DNA of 62,273 nucleotides, filler included, from Chiloscyllium plagiosum (taxonomy: Eukaryota): NCBI RefSeq assembly GCF_004010195.1. It is 5 parts of one record of this genome, joined end to end, with 100 filler letters (N's around TTAATTAATTAA, not from the genome) between each part and the next. Parts side by side here need not be neighbours in the genome. Positions count along the whole stretch, not along the records: positions 8,823 to 30,115 come from NC_057710.1; 4 more parts are not named here. One strand, 5' to 3'. Position 1 is the first letter of the stretch; each line of letters begins with the position of its first letter. A program made the position numbers and the translations under genes. Shown piece by piece: positions 10,566-21,744 of this stretch. The notes under the pieces are model-generated. The model was not told the origin of the DNA and ran no database searches. It worked only from the letters and a program-made list of their open reading frames with translations.

Positions 10566-11240
10566 GGCACTGGCAATGTACCGGGCATTGGTACCAAGGA
10601 AAGAGACACTGTCACTCATGGCTCTGACATCAATGTAATAGATGTGAACACTGTCACCAGTTCCTCACCCATCCTTGTCACCAAAATTCCAGGTACCATA
10701 GTACCAGCAATGCTGCTCCGGTCAGCAGTATCACCAATATAGAGACTGTTGCCAAAACCCCAGGCACCAATGTCCGGAGGTCATCAACAGCACCAGTGCC
10801 CCACTCATCAGCATCAGAGATTCAGACAGTATCACCAAAGCTCCAGGAGGTCATCACCAGCACTAATGACCCAGTCATCACCATCTTGTGTAGGGACACT
10901 AATTCCAAAGCCCCAGACACCAGGACCCTGGATTCTGTCACCAGCACTATTGCTCCAGTCATCAGCATCATGAAGACTGACATAATCACCAAAGCCACAG
11001 CCGTCAGTGACCAGGATATCAAGCTGGCACCAAAGCCCCAGTCATCAGTATTACTGAGACAGAGGAGAACGTGAGGACTGCAGATGCTGGAGATCATAAT
11101 TGAGAGTGTGTTGCTGGAAAAGCACAGCAGGTCAGGCAGTATTGAGGAGCAGGGAAATCGACGTTTCGGGTCGGAGCCAAAGGGCTCTCATTACTGAGAC
11201 AGAGTCTACCATCAACACCCCAAGTATTGTCTCAACCACT
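10566..11240 (+). repeat. Degenerate ~84-bp coding tandem repeat encoding 28-aa Thr/Ser/Pro-rich mucin-like units
   Basis: Units start ~10566, 10703, 10786, 10856, 10940, 11023; e.g. TSTNDPVITILCRDTNSKAPDTRTLDSV and TSTIAPVISIMKTDIITKATAVSDQDIK. Confidence 0.75.
11065..11189 (-). mobile_element. Penelope-terminal-repeat mini-insertion within the mucin-like repeats
   Basis: 15-bp TSD attactgagacagag at 11050-11064 and 11190-11204; gtgaggactgcagatgctggag terminus. Confidence 0.9.
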
Positions 11241-12066
11241 CAAGGCACAACTACTGATGTTGATGAGATGGACTCTGAACATAATTGTTGGTGTAAGTGA
11301 CAAAGAAATATGTGTCACGAATATTGTAGATAAAGTAACAGTCCCAGAACCACATCCCACGGAGTAGCATTTTGTGGACTGTTTCAGTTTCACCTCCCAT
11401 GAAAAATGCTACAGTCAAAGATATCTTCTATTTGATCAATTCTGGAGTAAGAGTTTTGCACTAATATTCCTGTATACTGGAAATCAAGATGATATGGAAC
11501 TTTGCCAATAGTTCCAGGTTTATCATTGAATTAACAGCAGAATTGCAGACTTTGGTCATTTTGTTCTGAGCATCAACACTGTGGAAAATCCCCTGCTTTT
11601 GGCTAAATAATCATATGAAAAATCAAACATGGAGATTTTGACAATGGAACAATCTAGAGCAGATTATATGGTTCTCATATCAAATTTGAAAGCGAATATT
11701 GATGGTAAGCGTTATGTGGTGATTGCATTTGGTGACAATTATGGAGGATCATTAGCACCTCCATAAGGTTTAAGTATCCAAATGTAGGGGCTCTAAGTTC
11801 AAGTGCACCCATTGGTTCCACAGCTAATCTTGGAGACAGTCAGCAGTTCTTTCATGATGCAATTGAAGATTTTGAGCGTAACTCACCTGAATGTGTTTGA
11901 CAATCCGGAAAGGGTTTTAGGAACTTGATTGTTTTGGCACAGCAACAGGTGTAGAGTAAGATCACCATAAGTCCTCTCCATAAGTCAATGAAATCCAAGA
12001 AAGAAGTTGATCATTTATGTGGATGGACATGAAATGCATTTATTTACTTGGCCATGTTCAACATAA

Positions 12067-12378
12067 GGAAAGGTGATGGTCTAAAGGCTTTATTGCTGGA
12101 CTGTTAATCCAGAGACCCAAGTAATGTTCTGGGGACTTGGGTTCAAATCCCACCATGACAGACGGTGGAATTTAAATTCAATAAAAGATCTGGAATGAGT
12201 CTAATGATGACCATGAATCCATTGTCAGAAAAGTCCATCTGGTTCACCAACGTCCTTTAGGGAAGGAAACTGCCATCCTTACCTGGTCTGGTTGACATGT
12301 GACTCCAGACCCAAAGCGATGTGGCTGACTCTTAACAGCCCTTTGGTCAGTGATGCCCTCAGCCAATGAATGAATAAA
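12067..12378 (+). mobile_element. tRNA-derived SINE family B, full length, inside the DPP7 pseudogene
   Basis: A-box-like ggtgatggtcta, B-box gggttcaaatccc, tail aatgaatgaataaa. Confidence 0.8.
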
Positions 12379-12427
12379 ATATGCAACTGAAATAGTTTTA
12401 CATTTCCCTACAAAACTGCATTCCCCT

Positions 12428-12664
12428 GGATGGCACAGTGGTTAGCACTGCTGCCTCAGTGCCAGGGACTCAGCCTTGGCTAACTGCACATTCTCCCTGT
12501 GTCTGCATGGGTTACCTCCCACAGTCAAAGATGTGCAGGTTAAGTGGATAGGTCATGGGGAGTGTAGTGTTACAGGGTTAGGGTCAGGCAGTGGGTGTGG
12601 ATGGGATGCTCTTTGGAGAGTCGGTCTGGACTTATGGCCTACTTCCGCACTGTTGGGATTCTAT
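12428..12664 (+). mobile_element. HE1-type SINE (degenerate) inside the DPP7 pseudogene
   Basis: tggcacagtggttagcactgctgcctca...aaagatgtgcaggtt. Confidence 0.85.
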
Positions 12665-13379
12665 GTAAACCCAGTGGATGTTGCTTTTGTCATTATGTGC
12701 TGAAAGATAAGCAAATTGGTAGCAAATTCCCATAATATTTCTGCCTTTAATATGAAAGAAAACTACAACTTCTCACTTGTTAAACTGGTCCAGCCATTCA
12801 CAATCACACTGATGAATGCTTGAATTTAATAGCTGCTTAACAGGTTTAATGCACCAGGGTCACCCAATTGCTTCAATCACATAAAGCCACTTAAGCAGCT
12901 TGCACTGAGCTATAAAGTACACAATCACTCAAGATTCTTTTACTTTAATGCAACACCAGCAATTCTCAGCACACAGGCCTTGAACTGTCAACCACCTTAG
13001 CTTCAGGCTGAAACACTGACAGCAGCATTACGCTTGCTTGACAGTATTGTCAACATTGTTCCACATTAGTGTGCTTCTTTCCTGTTCATTTTTGACATTA
13101 ATGTAGTAAAGTGTCCCAAAGCACTTCAAAGGTACTTAGAAAACCGAGAGTAAGAGACATCAGGGCAAGTATCCAAACACTTGGTAAAAGAGGTAGAACA
13201 GTAAAGCACAGTACAGGCCTCGATTTTTTTGCCAAATTTTTATCCCAGTCTAAGATCAGACTAACCTACATAGCTTTAAAGCAATGTTTTAAAGGGGGGG
13301 ATGGAGATGGATTTGAGAAGAGACAGGATTTCATGAGCATGTCGCCTCTGAGGTAGAATGTGACGTTACTGTAACATCA

Positions 13380-14585
13380 GGATTTGTACTTGGAGTTTAG
13401 AAAGATAGAGGGAGTGAGAATCTGATTGAAACTTACAGAATACTGAGAGGCCTGAATACAGTGGAAGTGGAGAAGATGTTTATACTAGTATGAGAGACTA
13501 GGACTCAAGGGCACAGCCTCAGAGTGAAGGGACAACCCATTGAGATAAAGAGGAATTTCTTCAGTGAGTGGTGAATCTGTGGACCTCATTGCCACAGAAA
13601 GCAGTGGAGGCCAAGTCAGTGAGTGTATTTAAGACAGAGACAGATAGGTTCTTGATTAGTAAAGGGACCAAACGTTATGGAGAGAAGACAGGAGAATGGG
13701 GTTGAGAAACATATCAGCCATGATTAGATAGAGCAGACTCAATGGGCCAAATGGTTTATTTCTGCTCCTAAATTTTACAGTTTAATGGTCTTGTTTCAAT
13801 TATATAGAAGGTTGGTTAGACCTCATCTGGAGTGCTGTGTGCTATTTTCGTCCCAATTATCAACAGAAAGAAAGTATTGGAATAGAGGTTATGCAGTGAA
13901 GGTTCGCCAGACTTGTTTCTAGAATGGTGCGACTGCTCTATGAAGAGAGATTTGGGACAATCTTGCAGGATTTACTGGAATTTTTAAGAATGAAAGGCAA
14001 TTGCTTGAAACTTATAAAAGAGTTAACTGAGTAGACCACAAGTTAGATGCAGGTAAAATGTTTCTCCCAGCTGAGGTGTCAAGAACAAGAAGGAACTATG
14101 TTAAAGTATGGTGTTACAATTTAGGTACAAAGTGAGGAAAGACATTTTGCACAGAAAGTTGTGAAGCTTTAGAATTCTCTACCACAGAAGGCTGTACATG
14201 TTCAGACTTTGAGTAAGTTTAAAGTAGAGATTGATAGATTTCTAATAAACAATGACATAAAGAGATATTCAAAGATGTGCAGGTTAGAGAGGTTGGATAT
14301 GACAAATTGCCTCATAGTGTTCAGGGATGTGTGTGCTAGGTGGATTAATCATAGTAACTATGGGGGTTAGGGGATAGGGTAAGGGGGAATGGGTCTGGGT
14401 GGTATACTCTTCACAGAATTGATGCAGATTTGATAGGCTGAATAGTGTCTAACTACACTTTAGGGATTCTTTGATTCAATGTTATGGGACTATTAAGGGT
14501 AAAATGCAGTAAAATGGATGATCAGTCATGTTTGTACTGAATGGTGAAGCTAATCCCAAGGAGATTATAGCTTTTCTCCCATGTT
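13380..14585 (+). mobile_element. Two adjacent CR1 3' fragments (~13380-13792, ~13795-14585); HE1 3' half nested at ~14272-14478
   Basis: gagtttagaaag...gaaacttacagaatactg; gttagacctcatctggagtgctgtgtg; aaagatgtgcaggttag. Confidence 0.75.
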
Positions 14586-14699
14586 TGTAAAATGCATTGA
14601 GTTAATAACATTGAAAACCAAGAGGCAAGATTTAATTAATATATAACTGAGCCTCTGGTGTACTATAACTGTGATCATGTGCCAACATTCTCCTATAAG

Positions 14700-16370
14700 G
14701 TTGGAATCCATTCAGCCTAAACAGTGTACTGACTGGGGTCTAGCAAGTCTGTATCAGCACATGACTTTCTTGGCCGTAACACTCCACCTGATCTCCACGA
14801 AGGTTCCCACTGGGAGTGGAGCTTCACAACAGGAAAAACGAGAAACCTTTCCACTTGCACCTCACCCCATTCAGAACCAAGACCATCCCACACTCTGTCA
14901 TTGAGCTGCAGTATCCAGGCAATGACACCTTCAAAGACTGAACTTCAAAACATCTTTCATGTATTCATGGAAGTTTACGAGAGAATCAGCCTTAGCTGAA
15001 CATCTGGAAGAGAAAGACCCTCCACCATCCTGAATGCACCTCATAATATTATCTCAAATCTCCAAATCTGTTGTGAGACACTGGACAATATGAGCCATTT
15101 CTCACACTTTGTGGCCCTCCTTTCAAGGAGTGGAGACATTGGTGATGAAACTCAAACATTGACTTCAGTGTGCTACTACAATGTTTGATCAGCTGAGGTA
15201 TAGAGTGTTTGAAGTCAATGACCTCAAGCCCAATACCAAGCTCATGGTCCATAGACCATGGCGTTTGTATGTGTTGCAGTCATGAAAAATGTAGAGCAGG
15301 CAGCTCCAATCCTTTGTGAAGCATCTCCAGTGATGTCTTAAAGTCACTGGCAGGATAGGGTGCTCCAGTATCAATGCCCTTTCTCAGGCCAACATCCCCA
15401 GCATTGAGGCATTGGTTTCTTTATTTATTTAGTTTTGTTCATTCATGGGATGAGGCCATTGCTGGCTAGGTCAGCATTTATTGCCTAGAGGGTAATTAAG
15501 AGTCAACCACATTATTGTGGGTCTGCAATCACATGTAGGACAGACCAAATAAGGATGGCAGTTTCCTTCCCTAAAGGGCATTAATGAACCAGATGGGCTT
15601 TTCCTAGCAATTGACAATTGACAATTGCCGCCGTGGGCAGCACGGTGGTTAGCACTGCTGCCTCACAGCGCTGACCCGGGTTCAATTCCCGCCTCAGGCA
15701 ACTGACTGTGTGGAGTTTGCACACTCTGTGTCTGCGTGGGTTTCCTCTGGGTGCTCCGGTTTCCTCCCACATTCCAAAAATGTGCAGGTTAGGTGAATTG
15801 GCCATTCTAAGTTGCCCATAGTGTTAGGGGCAGGAGTAAATGTAGGGGAATGGGTCTGGTTGGGTTGTGCGTCGGTGTGGACTTGTTGGGCCTGTTCCAC
15901 TCTGTAAGTAATCTAATCTAAAAAATCATTAGACTCCTAATTCCAGATATTTTAAATTGAATTCAAATTCCACCATCTGCTGTGTTGGGATTTGAACCCA
16001 AAGTCCCAGGTCATTACCTGGTCTGCAGATTAACAGACCAGCAATAATATGACTAGACCATCACCTCCCCTCCATTGTTAATCAGTGGCATTGTTTGGGC
16101 CACTTTGTCTGCATGGCTGACCTAAGACTCCCAGAATGAGTTCTCAACTCTGAGCTTTGTCATGGCAAGTGGTTACTGGGAGGGCAGAGGAATTCACGGA
16201 CATTGTGAATAGCCTCCTTGGGAGAAATGAAACCTCCCCATTGATTCTTTAGAATCTCTTGCCCGAGACTGCACAAACTGGAGGAGAAGCATCTGCATTT
16301 CCTGCAGGAACTGTCCAAGGACAATGAAGGAAGGGAGAGAAATGCTGGTAACTGCACTTCCTAAGAATGT
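14700..16370 (+). mobile_element. Decayed RTE-clade LINE ORF2 3' part, split by SINEs at 15416-16069
   Basis: Remnants resembling RVFEVNDLKPNTKLMVHR, SQANIPSIEAL and GHFVCMADLRLP. Confidence 0.65.
15416..16069 (-). mobile_element. tRNA-derived SINE family B with nested HE1 SINE (15635-15922, + strand)
   Basis: Reverse head ggggaggtgatggtctagt...gggttcaaatccc; nested gggcagcacggtggttagcactgctgcctcacagcg...aatctaatct. Confidence 0.85.
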
Positions 16371-16772
16371 TAAAAAAAAAGCTGTAAGTTTTTTATGGTC
16401 TTGCTGAAAATTTATGTTTCATTAATTATTAAATTCAGACTTGTGAAAAGTTGTTGAAAAAGAAACTAATATTTTCTGCCCTGTTAAACCAAATATAAAA
16501 TCAATGAATAATCCTGCTGTCTCCTTCCGTCACTTCATTTCATTCCAACTTGTCTCCACTGTCAAATAAATAAATACAACTATCAATTGCCCATTGCAAG
16601 TGGAAAACTTTGATTTTCTCTCTACTCCTCCAGATGTTAGATTAATCAATCATTGCTGTTCCTTCTCAGCTCTCGCCTGCTCAGTTGAAAAGAAAGAAGT
16701 AAACATTTTTAAATGAACCCTGAACATTGATAGAATTGCAGGTACAGTAGGCTACAGTTCAAAGATCACTTG

Positions 16773-17198
16773 GAGTCATAGAGATGTACAGCATGGAAAC
16801 AGACCCTTCGGTCCAACCTGTCCATGCCGACCAGATTCCCAACGCAATCTAGTCCCACCTGCCAGCACCCGGCCCATATCCCTCCAAACCCTTCCTATTT
16901 ATATACCCATCCAAATGCCTCTTAAATGTTGCATTTGTACCAGCCTCCACCACATCCTCTGGTAGCTCATTCCATACACGCACCACCCTCTGCGTGAAAA
17001 AGTTGCCCCTTATATCTCTTTTATATCTTTCCCCTCTCACCTTAAACCTATGCCCTCTAGTTCTGGACTCCCCACCCCAGGGAAAAGACTTTGCCTATTT
17101 ACCCTATCCATGTCCCTCATAATTTTGTAAGCATCTATAAGGTCACCCCTCAGCCTCCGACGCTCCAGGGAAAACAGCCCCAGCCTGTTAAGCCTCTC
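16773..17198 (-). mobile_element. Young CR1 3' end
   Basis: LGLFSLERRRLRGDLI; GNFFTQRVVRVWNELPE; tail tacatctctatgactc. Confidence 0.9.
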
Positions 17199-18647
17199 AT
17201 TGGCCGACACATCCTGCAAGGGTTTCAACCTCAAGGTTTACAAAATAATGAAATCCAACTCTCGTCTCGTAACTTACCATAATTTGATTAAACTTAATTG
17301 CCGTACTGTCATCTGCAACTTTCAAGGTTTTGCTAATGCACACCAACTGAAAACCTTGGTGTTCACAAATGCCTGAAGAATTCACAAGATTGCAAGATTA
17401 TTATTAATCAAGATTATTCAGCCCATTTAATTTCATCCATCCACTGTAATCACAAACTATTCCATTCTGTGGCATCTTCCAGATCCACAATAGTTCCCCA
17501 TTCTCTGCATATCTTGGCATTCATCACCTACATTTAGTCCAAGGGAAGCAGAATTGAAAAGCTTCAGCAGACAACTGGCTCAACTACAAAGCAAACAATA
17601 CGAGGCCTTGCTCTAGTCTGCAAAATTTGCTTATGATTCTAGGATCATCTGGTATTCAAAGGTAAGCTCTGGCAAATATTCACAGCAAACCATCTTCTTA
17701 AACCCTTCCCTGTCTCCTCCACATGCACCTCCACCAATAAATGTGAGAAACTCATCAAGTTTTTGATCCTCGTTCTCAAGGTTAGCAAATCAACCATCTC
17801 TGCTGTATCCCTTCATCCACTATCTCACTGAACCACTCACCCTGTAAATGTCCACCCCCAGCCCTTTCCAATATCTAGCGCCTTGAGCATTGATGCTTTC
17901 TCTGGTTTCTCTCTAATCTCTCCTTGTGCTTTCTCTGAGTTCATTTTGTCGACACAATCCACTTCTGTTCCCACTGAGCTGCCCATCATCCTCTGAAGAG
18001 GTCATGCTCAAAACATCGACTCTCCTGCTCCTCGGGTGCTGCCTGACTGACTGTGCTTTTCCAGCATCACAGGTCTCTTTGTCAGCCATTAGTGTTAATG
18101 CCTTCCTCCCTTCATGTCTTTCTGTTCTTTCAAACTGCTGTTGTGACCTCCGTCGGCAAAAATTAAACATGTGACCCATTAGTTCTGGCAAATTGCCACC
18201 CAATGTCTGACCTTGCTTACCTCTTCATAGCCCTTGAAGCTATTGTTACCTCCCAAATCTATTCCATTTTTTGATGAAAACCCCTCTGCGAATTCTTCCC
18301 TGCTACTGTACCAGAATGGCTCTTATCAAACTCACAGATTACTTCCTTTGTGACTGTAGCAAAGCCAACTATCCCTCCTTATCCTTCTTGATCTGTTTGC
18401 AGTCCTTGGCAATGGTTATCCACACCTTCCTCGTTGTATACATCTCTACTTTAGTTGGTTATCTGTGTGGGATTGCAATGGTTCCATTCATGACTAATTA
18501 TAGACTCAGTTTCCTGGCAATGATTTTATAACCTGGTCCAGTTTTGTTCCATCCAAAATTCCCCGAGAAACAATCCAGCCAACTTTTATAGGTGCATAAT
18601 CGAGAGCATTCTGTCTGGATATATCACTCTCTGGAATGGCAACACTA

Positions 18648-18911
18648 CCTGGGGTCGGGGAATCCAGAACTAGAGGGCATAGGTTTAGGATGAGAGGGGA
18701 AAGATATAAAAGAGACCTAAGGGGCAACCTTTTCACGCAGAGAGTGGTACGTGTATGGAGGCATTTGGATGGGTATATGAATTGGAATGGTTTGGAGGGA
18801 TATGGCCGGGTGCTGGTAGGTGGGACTAGATTGGGTTGGGATATCTGGTCGGCATGGACGGGTTGGACCGAAGGTTCTGTTTCCATACTGTACATCTCTA
18901 TGACTCTATGT
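18648..18911 (+). mobile_element. Young CR1 3' end with internal deletion
   Basis: GVGESRTRGHRFRMRGERYKRDLRGNLFTQRVVRVW and tail. Confidence 0.9.
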
Positions 18912-18914
18912 ACT

Positions 18915-19330
18915 ATTCAAGATCGGTTACAGAGAGTGGTGAACTCGGCCCGGACATTCACAAAGGCCAATTTCCCATCTAGAGAATCCATCTACCAGGC
19001 CCGCTGTCAAGGAAAGGCCACCAGCATTCACAAAGATCCATCCCACCTTGGCAATGTTTTTCTACAACCCCTACCATCGGGGAGAAGGTGCAAGATGCCT
19101 GAACACGTGGACCAGCTGGTTTTGAAACAGTTTTTACCCTACTGTTGTTAGAATACTGATTGGACTCACAAACCCTTAACATTCATCTGTGCTTGTGTTT
19201 TTGTTTTTGACGCTATTTATCTATTATTTACTTGCCTATGCTACTTAACTCTGTGATCTGCCTGTATTGCTCGCAAGACAAATCTTTTCACTGTGCCTCG
19301 GTACACGTGACAATAAATTCAATTCAATTC
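18915..19330 (+). mobile_element. Rex1/Babar LINE 3' end
   Basis: LQRVVNSARTFT...KATSIHKDPSHLGNVFLQPLPSGRR; tail gtgacaataaattcaattcaattc. Confidence 0.8.
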
Positions 19331-19639
19331 ACAAGCTCCTCCCATTTCTCCATCTTCTCAACACCTGAAAACATTGTGTTCATTTTCCCTTGTCTGCAGT
19401 TGACATCAGCTCAACCCCTTCCCCCACCTCGCTTGGCTCCAATGTCAGAGAAGAGACTTCCTCCAATTAAGATATTGGGAAAATTGAAGTCATTGTTTTC
19501 AGTCTCATTTCCCACTCAATTCCCTTAGTTTTGGCTCCATCCCTCTCCTTGGCAATGGTACAAACAAAACCTTGGTGTCATAACTGACTCAGAGCTGAGC
19601 TTCCAACCACACTGTTAATAATTACCATATTTTGAAAAT

Positions 19640-19960
19640 CACTGGCTGTGCCAGCTTTTGGTGTCTGTCCCTAATTGCCCTTGAGAAGGTGGTGGTGAGC
19701 TGCCTTCTCGAGTTGCTGCAGTCCATGTGCTGTAGGTTGACCCCCAATGCCATCAGGGAAGGAATTCCAGGATTTTGACCCAACAACACTGAATGAGCAG
19801 CACTATGTTTCAAACGTCAGGGTAATGAATGGATTGTGGTGAGGTTCCTGTGTATCAACTGCTCTTGTCCTTCTAGTTGGTAGTGGTCATGGATTTGTAA
19901 GGTGCTGTATTAGGAGCCTTAGCGAATTTCTGCAGTGCATCTTGTACATGGTATACAAAG
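19640..19960 (-). mobile_element. 3' end of the LINE sharing its tail with SINE family B
   Basis: tgtccctaattgcccttgagaaggtggtggtgagctgcc; homologous to 3900-4150, ~39480-39950 and ~42510-42800. Confidence 0.7.
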
Positions 19961-21744
19961 CAGATGTGGACCCTATGCTTTCACCCAACAGACTCTATGC
20001 CCACCCACCCTAGATGTTGTCCCAGCCATTTTGCAGTTGTAGTTAGTATCTAAAATACAGCAAGTGATAGTCAATATCACAGCGTGCGCGCGCGATGAAA
20101 TCCATCAGCACCAGACTTCTGGTCTTCAAGTACATGCCCCCAAAACCACCATGTACCGTTTAACCTCCAACTAACCCAACAGCCCATTACCATCCAATTC
20201 TCCTCATGTGGAAATCCACCATATTGAATTTTAGCACCAATTGTCCTCCTTGCCCATTGAACCCCAACATTACACCTTACTGATTCCCACCCTGGTCCTG
20301 AAGGATGTCACACTGATGATCACAGGCAGTAACACATCCCTTCTGCAGGTTGCCATGACTCCCAATGCTGTCCCGCATTCCCTCCTTATACTTGAGTGTC
20401 TCCTACACCATTTCTGTGCCCAGCTCAGAACAGATGCCCTCGTCAACAACTGTATCTGCATGTAAAGTGTCCCTGTGGAAACCTTTGCTTGCCAGTTACT
20501 GGAAAGCACTACAGTTTCGGTCTGTTCTTCCTGATTGTCCTTTAAGTAAATCATGATGGCACTGAACAGAGTGAAATCCTACAGTTCCTTCTGACTCTCG
20601 CAATGCAATTGAGTATTTTGCCACCTTTGTTGATTGCTGCTTTGTATTATGAACAAGCACAGTTGATGTCAGGTTAAACCAAGCTGCTCCATCAAGCCTG
20701 CCACACTCGATAATGTGACCGGAATATCATGACCAAATGCTTTATCCACCATGACATCTCCAACTTTTCCCAACCAGCTCCAGAGAAACATTCCTCTCTA
20801 ATCTCCTCAGAAGATCAAGACCATCCAAGAGCAAGTTATATCTATAAGAATATTGTGAATTCTGTGCCAGATAGAACTGAAACAGATATCTTTTGCAAGT
20901 GTTTTTAGATAAATGTTGCCTGTAATTTAACATTAAGTCTGTTAAGCCACTCTTCATTGTCAGCACATAAAAGTGACTGTTCCCATAGTGATTTCACTAC
21001 CACTTGCCAAAAATTGTACTCCACTTCCTCGTCCTATTGTACCTGTTCTTACTGACAGTAAGCCATTTTGACCACAACTTACTCTGGAGTTTGCTAGGGT
21101 GGGTTATGCAATTTTACAGATAATGTGGATTTGGCAAGCACATGAGAAATGTCAACAGTGGCATGGGCACTTTGGTATTCCATTTAGATAAGGCACCTTA
21201 GAAGGTCCAAGCCTAATGTTATTTTAGCACCATGATTATGTTTCTGGGTTGTCTTACTGCAAGGCATGGCTTTAAAATCCACTCTAGCAGCTCGGCGGAT
21301 TTAGTTTCAGTTAACCGGTGTTTGCTAAGACAGAGTCTTCACAGTGCAGGCTGATTGAGTGCACTCAATAGACAGGCATGTTGCAAAGGCACATGTCATT
21401 GATTGGCCAACTGTTGTGAAATCTGGCATTTGTATCTGGCATCACACCAGCACTGTTATTGATATACAGTGTTGTTCAAGTGTATGTGAGCAGAATGCAG
21501 GTTCCTCACTCAGGGCCTGCAAAGGAACAGCATGAGAAGCGTTAGTAACCTGTTGCTCAGATGCTTGCTTGATGTATTTTGCCTTTTTAGGGTAATAAGG
21601 TAGTCTAGCAGCTTTTCAGGGCTAAAAATGAAGGCCTTTGTGGTCCTTTAATGAGTTTGTGTGATGCACAGTGAACAATGATCTGATCAGGATAGTTTTC
21701 TTTCTCTGCTGAACTCCTTTAATGCTCACAATTTCTACATCAAG

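Larger units (their letters stand above)
11341..12915 (+). pseudogene. DPP7: Intronless dipeptidyl peptidase 2 (DPP7; S28 serine peptidase) pseudogene, frameshifted and interrupted by two SINEs
   Basis: Manual translation across frameshifts: YSQRYLLFDQFWSKSFALIFLYTGNQDD / WNFANSSRFIIELTAELQTLVI / SEHQHCGKSPAFG / ILTMEQSRADY...VIAFGDNYGGSLA / RFKYPNVGALSSSAPIGSTANLGDSQQFFHDAIEDFERNSPEC...NAFIYLAMFN; FPYKTAF at 12403; NPVDVA-CHYVL at ~12667; FNAPGSPNCFN and ACTE at ~12845-12910; colinear with vertebrate DPP7. Confidence 0.9.
17560..19620 (+). mobile_element. Decayed L2 LINE fragments (17560-18500, 19330-19620), interrupted by younger insertions incl. a Penelope terminal fragment at ~17990-18072
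   Basis: TRMALIKLTDYFLCDCSK..., LILLDLFAVL (LLDLSAAFD-like), aaccttggtgtcata...gagctgagcttc. Confidence 0.6.

Noticed and set aside
10413..10742. 109-aa ORF as an intact gene
   Set aside because: No signal peptide or recognisable domain; it is a frame segment of the decayed mucin-like region and the true start is uncertain.
10566..11240. CRISPR-like or prokaryotic repeat-spacer array
   Set aside because: Units are contiguous degenerate coding repeats without unique spacers, in a vertebrate TE context with no cas genes.
20040..21700. Non-repeat-looking block with short ORFs
   Set aside because: The frames I translated contain stops and no recognisable motif; nothing supportable without a search.
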